A stretch of 64,000 nucleotides of DNA from Lingula anatina (taxonomy: Eukaryota > Animalia > Brachiopoda): contig CM120643.1 in assembly GCA_051362555.1 (NCBI GenBank), forward strand, positions 28,214,848-28,278,847. Reading direction: 5' to 3'. The position numbers were made by a program, and so were the translations under genes. Positions 55,653-64,000 of the stretch are shown here, in pieces. The stretch's first letter is position 1. Each line of letters starts with the position of its first letter. A model generated the notes under the pieces. It was given only the letters and a program-made list of their open reading frames with translations, was not told the origin of the DNA and did not search any database.

Positions 55653-58600
55653 TAATAACTTTCCAATTTTTGCCTTTAATTAACATATGCATTACCGTTT
55701 AAAAAAATATGATGACCTAGTTTTAAAAAGGACTTTGTAGATAATACAAAATAACAGACAGCTTGTCTTCAATACCTGGTTCAAAGTTGGAGAGGTCGTT
55801 AACAAACACATTTTCCATCAGGCGTACTGGTAGTTTCATATTTTCCGAATGCGTTATACTGACGTACATTATCGTTTCTAGATTGAAGGCTCAGGAGACG
55901 AATTTTGCTGTTAGTTTTGGATACTAATCGACCATTCCACAAGTTTTGATAATATGATGATAATAGAAAGACTATTGCGTATCAAGTACAGAAAAACAAA
56001 AAGCTTGCCTTCACTGTCAGAATTATTGTTAGAGAGGTTGTGAACAAATTCAATTTCCATTAGTCTTACTGAATGTTTCATATTTTCCTTAGCGTTATAT
56101 ACTGGTATCCATTACCATTTGAAGCAGTATGGCTTCATCAACATACAGTTTAAATAGGTAAATTGTTCAATGATGCTAAAAATATGCTAAAGAGACACAA
56201 TAAGTGATAGATACAATACGAGTCGCCGAGCTGTACGTGAAATATTACGAGTGTATTGTCGAGCCGCAGGCTCAAAACACTTCTTCTTGGCACAAAACAC
56301 ATCTTCTCTCCCATTAGTGGCAGATTTAGAGGGGGTCAGGACCCCCCCCCCCCTTTCGGTTTTTGAAAAATATATCACACCCATATTCCCCTCTTAAAAT
56401 TATAATTATGACTAGCTAAATCGTAGTTTTAAACCGCACCGAAGGGTACTGTTTCCTCTCCGAAACATCGATTCCCACACCAAGGGGCGTGCCGTTCCGG
56501 ACCCCCCCCCTCCAAATAAAATTAGATCTGCCCCTGCCCATAATTTTATGATCACGAGGATGCCTTGATACTTCATGTGCGTTCACAGATTAAGAAAATT
56601 GTCATTGTCAAAGAATGCAATTGTCATTGTCAAATTCGAGAATACGAAGTTTCAGTTTTCGGGTAAATGCTCTTTCATGATATTAAAACGTTTGAGAGAA
56701 GGCTTTGTTATCACTGTTGTCTGATCCGTGGTGGATGCGAGGACCCGATATTCAGATAGTGTACCCTTATTAGCTATTGAGGAACAGGAGTGCAGCAGAC
56801 TGTGGAACGCACTCGTACATGACGTGCTTGTATGTCGAATACAGCACGGACGAGTCTTTTGTTTTACGCTCTAGCTGTGGTTTAATGCTTAAGAGACTTA
56901 GTCTATATGTTAATTTCCGATATTAATTCAACCCTCCTTATCTCAGCATCTTATACACACACACAGATAAAAGCATCTATACCAACAACTTGTCGTTCAA
57001 GAGGAACTTATAATGTTCGTTCTCAACTATTCTCTTAAACTCATTGGAGGATAGTGGTCATACGTCTTCATTTCTATACAATATTCAAGCTTAATATGTC
57101 TCACAAAGCTTTGGATTTTCGGTCACATCCTGAATATTCTCAATGTATGCTGTTAGAAAGTAGAAAGCTTCAGTGCTGGGTAGAACATGGAATATTTTAT
57201 GTTCGATATTGCTAGACAGCAAGGATGAATTTTATCAGAATATCGGAGGATCGTGATAGAAAAGGGGGGACGGGGCTTTAATGTCCTCGCAACGTGGTCA
57301 AATATTCAATGATGTTACAACTGCAGGTACTCGTGAAGTCAAATTAATGATTGATGTTTCACGATGAGAAAAAAATGATCGAAGCGTTTAAATGGGGCTT
57401 TGGTAATGGGGGTATCAATAAACAGATATGTCCAAATGAGAACGGCAGTCATTGGTCGGTTTGTCGTCTGCCACGTGTGTCACCACAGACGGCGAGGCAC
57501 GTACTGGTAGTGTATCAAGTAAAATAGATTTACTGATATGCTTCTCAGTTTAATTATCACATGCATTGCAGTTTTGAAAATATTATGACCTAATTTTAAA
57601 ACACACTTTGTGTATTATACACAATAACAGGCAGCTTGAATTCATTGCCTGGGTCAAAGTTAGATAGAGGTCGTTAGCAAACACATTTTCCATTAGACTT
57701 ACTGGTACTTTCATATTTTCTAAATGCGTTATACTGGCGTCCATTATCGTTTCTAGCGGTAGGGCTCTATCAATACAAAGATGTTTGCAGGAAATTTTCA
57801 AAAACGCCTCACCTCGTTAACATACAAGATAAAGGGAAGTTTGCAAGAAAGATGATGTTTTTTTTTTTCGAATTTGCCGCAAATTTGCATGGATATGAAA
57901 AAAAAGATAACTTATAATTTGCAAAACGCTTGCAAGCGACAGACTGTTTGAACGGGCTTTTTGAATAACTGACGCTATCTCAACGAATCGAACCACTATG
58001 TCTAATCAAGTCTTTTCATTCACCATTTTGACACAGTGGAATTAATAAATGGATCATGGGTTTGATAAAAGGATGACATAATTAAACACATTGCGTCTCT
58101 ATTACAAAATAGCATATTGCTTGCCTTCACTGCCTCGGTCAGAGTTAGAGAGGTCGTATAATCAAACACGTTTCATTAATCCTACTGGTTATTTCATATT
58201 TTCCTAAGCATTATACAGGTATCAATAACTGTTTCAAGCGGTAGGGCTGTATCAATATACATTTCATCTAAAGAAAGGCTCAGGAGACGAATTTTGCTAT
58301 GTTAGTTTTGGATATCAATCCACATTTCCACAAGTTTTGATAATATGATGATAATATAAAGAATATTGTGTATCAAGTACAGAAAAAAGAAAGCTTGCCT
58401 TCAATGTCAGAATTATTTTTAGAGAGGTTGTGAACAAATTCAATTTTCCTTAGTCTTACTGGGTGCTTCATATTTTCCTAAGCGTTATGTACTGGTACAT
58501 GTGTATCCATTACCATTTAAAACAACAGGGCTTCATCAATGCACAGTTGAAATGGGCAAATTGATCAATGATGCTCAAAATATGCTAAAAATACACAATA

Positions 58601-59706
58601 ACGCTTAGAAGACGCAGTCTGTATGTTAATTTCCGATGTTAATTCAACACTTCATATGTCAGCAATTTATACACGCAGACAGATAAGGACATCTATACCA
58701 ACAACTTGTCGTTCAGGAGGAACTTAAAATGTTTGTTCTCAATTATTCTCTTATCATTGGAGGATAGTGGTCATACGTCTTAACTTCATTTTTACACAAT
58801 TTTCAAGTTAGATATTCCTCACAAAGCTTTCAGTTTTCGGTCACATCCTAGACATCCTCAGTGTATGCTGTTACAAAGTAGAAAGCTCCAATGCTGAGTA
58901 GAACATGGCATATTTTATGCTCGATATTACTAGAGTGCAGGGATGGATTTCATCGGTATATCGAGGATTTTGATAGAAAAGAGGGGACGCAACGTGGTCA
59001 AATGTTCGTTGATGTTAAAACAGCAGATACTCATGAAGCCAAATTATTGATGTTTCACGATGAGAGAAAAATGGTCGAAGCATTTAAATGGGCCTTTGGT
59101 AATGGGGGCATCAATAAACGGATATGTTCAGATGAGAAAGACAGTCATTGGATGGTTTGTCGCCTGCCACGTGTGTCACCACGGACAACAAGACACGTAC
59201 TGGCAGTGTATCAAGTAAAATATATTTACTGACAAGTTTCATTCCGATCAGATTGCAGTGTAAACTAGGTAAGTTTTATCTTGACGGAAATTAGTTTTAC
59301 CATTACGAGTCTCACTTTTAATTTATGATGAAGATAACTGTTGTGTTATATGTATTACTGTGAACATATTATATGTATTACCTGCTGTACAAAATTTGAC
59401 AAAAATTAACTGAAACCTTACAAGCGTCATCGTGAGGGGCCTTAACGCACATGTTACCTTAAATTCTGTTTAAACTTGTCACACAGGACATACAATAATC
59501 ATCGCCAATTAAACATTATTCAGTGAATTGGTTCCATTGTATTATTTTGCCACCGTGAAATTTACAGAAGCGAATACATGAATTTTTAAAGAAAATATTC
59601 CATCATTTTGAGCCGTAGTATACTCAAAATTTAGACGAACTAATGGTTAGCACATTTAGATCTATCCCTGTGGGGAGTCTCACTAGATTACTGTCAGCTT
59701 AGCCGG

Positions 59707-62084
59707 TGTAACAGCAATCCAAGTCCCCCAGGTTCCTGGTCATGGTTGTCTGTAGGACTAACATTACTTGGGAATAGTAGTCCTACAGGGACTTAGGTTC
59801 CTGGCTCATAATTAGAGTAGGTAGGACTTGTATTACTGTCTGACTTTTATTCCTGTTACACCTATGCCAGTAATAAAAGTCCGGCCATTTGAAAGTCCTA
59901 TCCTTAGCCAATAATACTGTTAAATGATAAAACTATAAATGTATATGAAATCCTTCTGGTGAGCCATATATCAGACAAAGAATGAGAGGTCCGCAACTTC
60001 AGCTCGTCTGTGTAATGGTTAGCGTGCAAGACCACAAGGTAAGAATTCATGAATCGTTCTGTTGCATCTATGGGTTCGAGACCTACCTTTGACTTGACCT
60101 TCCCCCCCTTCCCTCTATTTACTTGTTTTACTTGTAGCAAAATGTTTAATGCTGTTTTTAACGTCTAATATATGTTCGAAATTCCGAGCTTTTATTACTG
60201 CTCATTACATTTACAATTTATTGTTTTGTCTTTTAAGTGTCAAAGCACCAAAATAACAAAGGGTTATTACAGAACATTATATACATATATTGCAATTTTC
60301 AATTTCTAAACTGTCTTGATTTGTCTTAAACCTCAGCCCATACTTTCCAAAAGCTAATTTCCATCGAGTTTGACGGTTTTTTTTTTAATTTCGGCGAGTG
60401 CAAACCGAAAAATAAATCTAAGAACGGAGATCCCGCGTTTTGTGTAAAGTGATTTTTCTCTTAGGAATAAGGTTTTGAAAAAGAGAGAGATGGAGAGAAA
60501 ATAAGAATTTCGATGCAAAACACAAAAGGTACACCCCAGTAGAAAAGGACATGAAATAGTATACACTGTCCATATACCTCAAAGGATGAAAAGGGATGCC
60601 TTTGGATGGTGTCTTATTTTGTTAAAAAAAATAGCGGGCAAACCAGGCTCATACATATTGTGCAATGATGGAGGAGTACGCCAAAAATATGCGTTAACAC
60701 GTCAAAATTTGCGTTTACTAGTAGATGAAAAATACACATAAAATAAATAAATTGTTTTTGTTTCTTCATTAATATGCATATAAACTGCCTATCGGAAAAT
60801 AATTGTAAAATATAAAGATAAAATGACATATAAATAGAAGAAAGCAAACGTTTATTATGTCTTTAAAACTAGTGTGTCTCTATATCTATTTATTCATGTC
60901 ATTTATTGGTGTAAACTATATAGGACATGCGTTACTAAAATTAGGACGTGCATTACTACACGTAGGACTTGCATTACTTAGGAGCCTTCGTCCTACGGAC
61001 ATTGAATCCTAGTAACGTATGTCCATTCAGGCCTTCCCAACTACCAGACTCGGCACCTACGGGTCCAGAATAAACCGGTATATCTGACCACACTACCCGT
61101 TTTCAAGGTGTGTGTCAGATCGCATAAAAGAGTATCATACCCTATCACAAATTCTGTAAGCCTACCTGTCATCCGGGTATCGCGCCTCGTTTTCGTCAAG
61201 TAGGAGTCGTATGAATACAACAGACGACTCCCTCAATCAGGGGGTGGTAACGCGCTACTTATATGATTAAGACGAGCCTAGCCGTCAGTACCGGTTATTG
61301 TTTTGTGACCTTGAGGAGCAATTAGGTTTGGTCGTTGCGGCACGCATGAACAGTAGTTGAACTACCACACCTGGGTTTTTTGTTTTTGACAACTGTTCAC
61401 TCGTCATCGAGGCGCTTGTTCAAGACTACAGGCTGATATCTACTAGTACTACCAGTGGCTTCATTAATAACGTTCCCACAATACTTAAGTTTTCTGTCCG
61501 TGCATACAAACACTGAAAAAGGACAGCCTCGCTGACGAGAACAATGGACGTTTCTCACCCCTCTCTAGGATTACCCCTGCCCTCAATCTCGTCCATCCCG
61601 GTAGTCATGAAAATAATTTAACCCCCTACAGAATATGCTTCTGCTATCAAAATTAAGTCTACTTTTCTAAATTAATATATAAGTTTGCAAGTTCTTATTT
61701 ACAAAACATCATTGGCTATGTCCGAACCTAAATTTTATGTTAAAAATTGCGGTACTGTCAGATTTTAGCATAAACAGAGAAAATTGCAGCAGCGCATGAA
61801 TCTAGATGAGATGCACTACTTTCCAACCCCGCTTAGGATCATTGCTATCACATCGCGCACCAGGCAAAATCGGTGTGGTGGCTGATACTCTGTAATGCGA
61901 TCTGACACACACCTTGAAAACGGGTAGTGTGGTCTGATAAACCGGTTTATACTGGACCCGTAGGTGCCGAGTCTGGTAGTTGGGAAGGCCTGTCCATTCC
62001 TAGCAATGCATGCCCTAGGACTTGCATTCCCAGGACTTAGTGTCCGGGCAGACTTGCGTTACTAGGACGTACACTCCTTCCACA
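59707..62084. mobile_element. 2.4-kb TGT..ACA insertion with CCGG TSD (Ginger-like, non-autonomous) with a nested MITE
   Basis: CCGG|TGTAACAGC ... TTCCACA|CCGG. The empty site GCTTAGCCGGCTTAAGC is at ~46661-46678. Subterminal AGGACTTGCATTACT-like repeats. Confidence 0.75.
61029..61991. mobile_element. MITE with ~97-bp TIRs and 8-bp TSD GTCCATTC
   Basis: GTCCATTC|AGGCCTTCCCAACTACCAGACTCGGCACC ... GGTGCCGAGTCTGGTAGTTGGGAAGGCCT|GTCCATTC. An alternative reading is CAGG termini with a 6-bp TSD. Confidence 0.85.
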
Positions 62085-62779
62085 CCGGCTTAAGCATCTG
62101 TCCCACCTACTAAAAGCTGTAAGGGGGTAATTAACTGCCGTGCGCGCTCTGCTAACTGCAATTTAGCATGGACCCCCAGGGAGTTAGGTCGATCTACATG
62201 GATCGATCTAAATCTATAGGAATGCAGTCTTAGACTGCGTTCCATACCTAGATCGATGTAACATGATCAATCTATCTCCCAACGGTTTCTCGCTTGCTAT
62301 CAGCAATTAAGCTATCTGAAGCTGCTCAACGATATTCAATTACCCCTTAGCAGCTTCAGTAGGCGTTGCAGACATCTAAGCCGCTTAAGTTGTTTGTAAT
62401 TTTGCGAGAATCTCCTCAGGGATAGGTCAATCCATAGTTAGTGCGACAGGGTCTGAGAATGGTCCCTAAGATTCAAGAAACGTGCAATCCCATCAGGGAA
62501 TTTAGAAATCAGTTTTGTTGTGCAGTAACAATCAGTGGGGAAATAGACTAGGGAAAAGGGGACACAATGCGTTGATTATAAACAGACCGTCTACAAAGGT
62601 TGGCAAGTAGGATAACGGTTTTTGATTTAAGTATCAGAATAAGCATATGTGGGAGATGAGAGTCACTGATGTGGATAAACATGCCCACAACTAGTAATCA
62701 ACAGTTACAAATAATTTTCATGGCTGCAATCTTGTTATTTTAGCATCAAAGCCTACATCACTGACTCCACACATTGGTT

Positions 62780-62852
62780 ATGGGATTGTTGATGTTCTCC
62801 ACCCTTGTTCTTGCATTGATGGCTGCTGGCGTCGACTATTCCTTTGCTTTCA
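62780..62852 (+). CDS. Signal-peptide exon of the next SRCR paralog (gene continues beyond the window)
   Basis: MGLLMFSTLVLALMAAGVDYSFAF followed by donor GTAAGT; near-identical to 47658-47730. Confidence 0.8.
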
Positions 62853-63618
62853 GTAAGTCAAGGGCTCAGTAAGAATACATTTCTTTCATTCTTAGGACCA
62901 AGAATGGAATTGGATAATTGTAGAGCATCAATAGCGCGTATTAACAAGTCTCTGATATACAGAACATTTTTGAATGAAAATTAATCAATTACAGTAGTCT
63001 TTAAAATAACTAAATTATGACACTTGACACTATAAGAATGCTAAGAAATCAAGGATTAATTTCAATCCATAAAAATACGTGTATTACAGAAATGTGAACT
63101 ATGCAGACTGATAGAGCATTCTCAACAAGTAATTGCCTTTGCGAATTTTCGTTTTCAGTCGGATGCGATCCTTACCCTTGCGAACATGGTGGGACATGCA
63201 TACCTGACGTATACAGCTGTTAGTTCTACTTTGTTTTGCAGCAAAATATCAGAACACACATTTACCCCCCCCCCCCCCCCCCAAAAAAAAAAAATGTTTT
63301 GTTCCCAACTTATGAAAAGGAAACCGGTAAAGAGACTTTTTTATTGGATGATATTTTCTTTTCTTAATGCGTCAGGTGTGCAATGAAATCTGAACTGTCT
63401 GGAGAGGAACTGAGCATAACATTTAAATGTTAAAATCAAATTATTCAATATCAAAGGAAATAGTTGACAATACTTCACAATGTACGAATAAATTTTACAA
63501 AACATAATTACCATATGGACAGGTTACTTGTACCCTGGTATTTTATTTTCCAGATTTGGCAAATTGTCGCTAAAGAGAACTTTAGAAAAAGAGCATATAA
63601 AGCATACTTCGTTCCAAA

Positions 63619-63621
63619 AAA

Positions 63622-63664
<43 letters not shown>
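63619..63664. repeat. (AAAT)n microsatellite
   Basis: Directly visible. Confidence 0.93.
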
Positions 63665-63905
63665 AAACGAAAATAAAAATACAGGACCTAATTTTGCATG
63701 TCAAAATGGAATCAATAACCGTTGCTGGAAAAAGAGTTGCTTACCCCAGTAAAGTCCTTCTTTGGCCAAAATGAAGAGTTGTTATCCCCTTAACCAAAAT
63801 GAAAGACGGCATTTGACATTATGGTTATGGACATGGCCACTTATTAGTTTGAATTTGGGGGGGAGGGGGGGTTACACCATTGTAGGCACATGGCATGTAG
63901 AAAAA

Positions 63906-63936
<31 letters not shown>

Positions 63937-64000
63937 TGCAAAATTCTTAATACAATCGTGACGCAGATTATGCTGTGAATGTGAAGCGAGCTACGATGGG

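Noticed and set aside
58891-59232. 113-aa ORF in the SRCR upstream block
   Set aside because: The three paralogous blocks have indels and stops in this frame; chance ORF.

Overview
AT-rich, intron-containing eukaryotic DNA. The gene and transposon content fits a marine invertebrate such as a mollusc, but the species cannot be fixed from sequence. No prokaryotic features, rRNA, intact tRNA or CRISPR were found. The window reads as an innate-immunity neighbourhood with three gene groups, all on the + strand. (1) An IFI44/IFI44L-like gene (TLDc + P-loop GTPase, CDS 3815-17029) with IRF/ISRE-like motifs at its 5' end. It appears to lack the exon carrying the GTPase G3 (DxxG) motif and ends in a hydrophobic tail; its last intron holds an L1/Tx1 LINE with an L2/CR1-type LINE nested inside. 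(2) A tandem pair of 5-exon genes for an unrecognised ~215-aa, 12-Cys protein (18.4-21.6 kb and 23.3-27.1 kb). (3) A tandem array of secreted SRCR genes: an orphan last exon at 34.2 kb, a complete 3xSRCR gene at 47.7-52.2 kb, and the start of another copy at 62.8 kb. Comparing the duplicated units gives empty versus filled sites for several insertions: an AcademH-like element with a RecQ fragment, a piggyBac relic, CACTA-, Harbinger- and Ginger-like MITEs, a 3.65-kb TGT..ACA element with hairpin tandem arrays, and a locally templated 71-bp inverted insertion. Gene models were built by hand from GT-AG sites and phase continuity, without transcript evidence.
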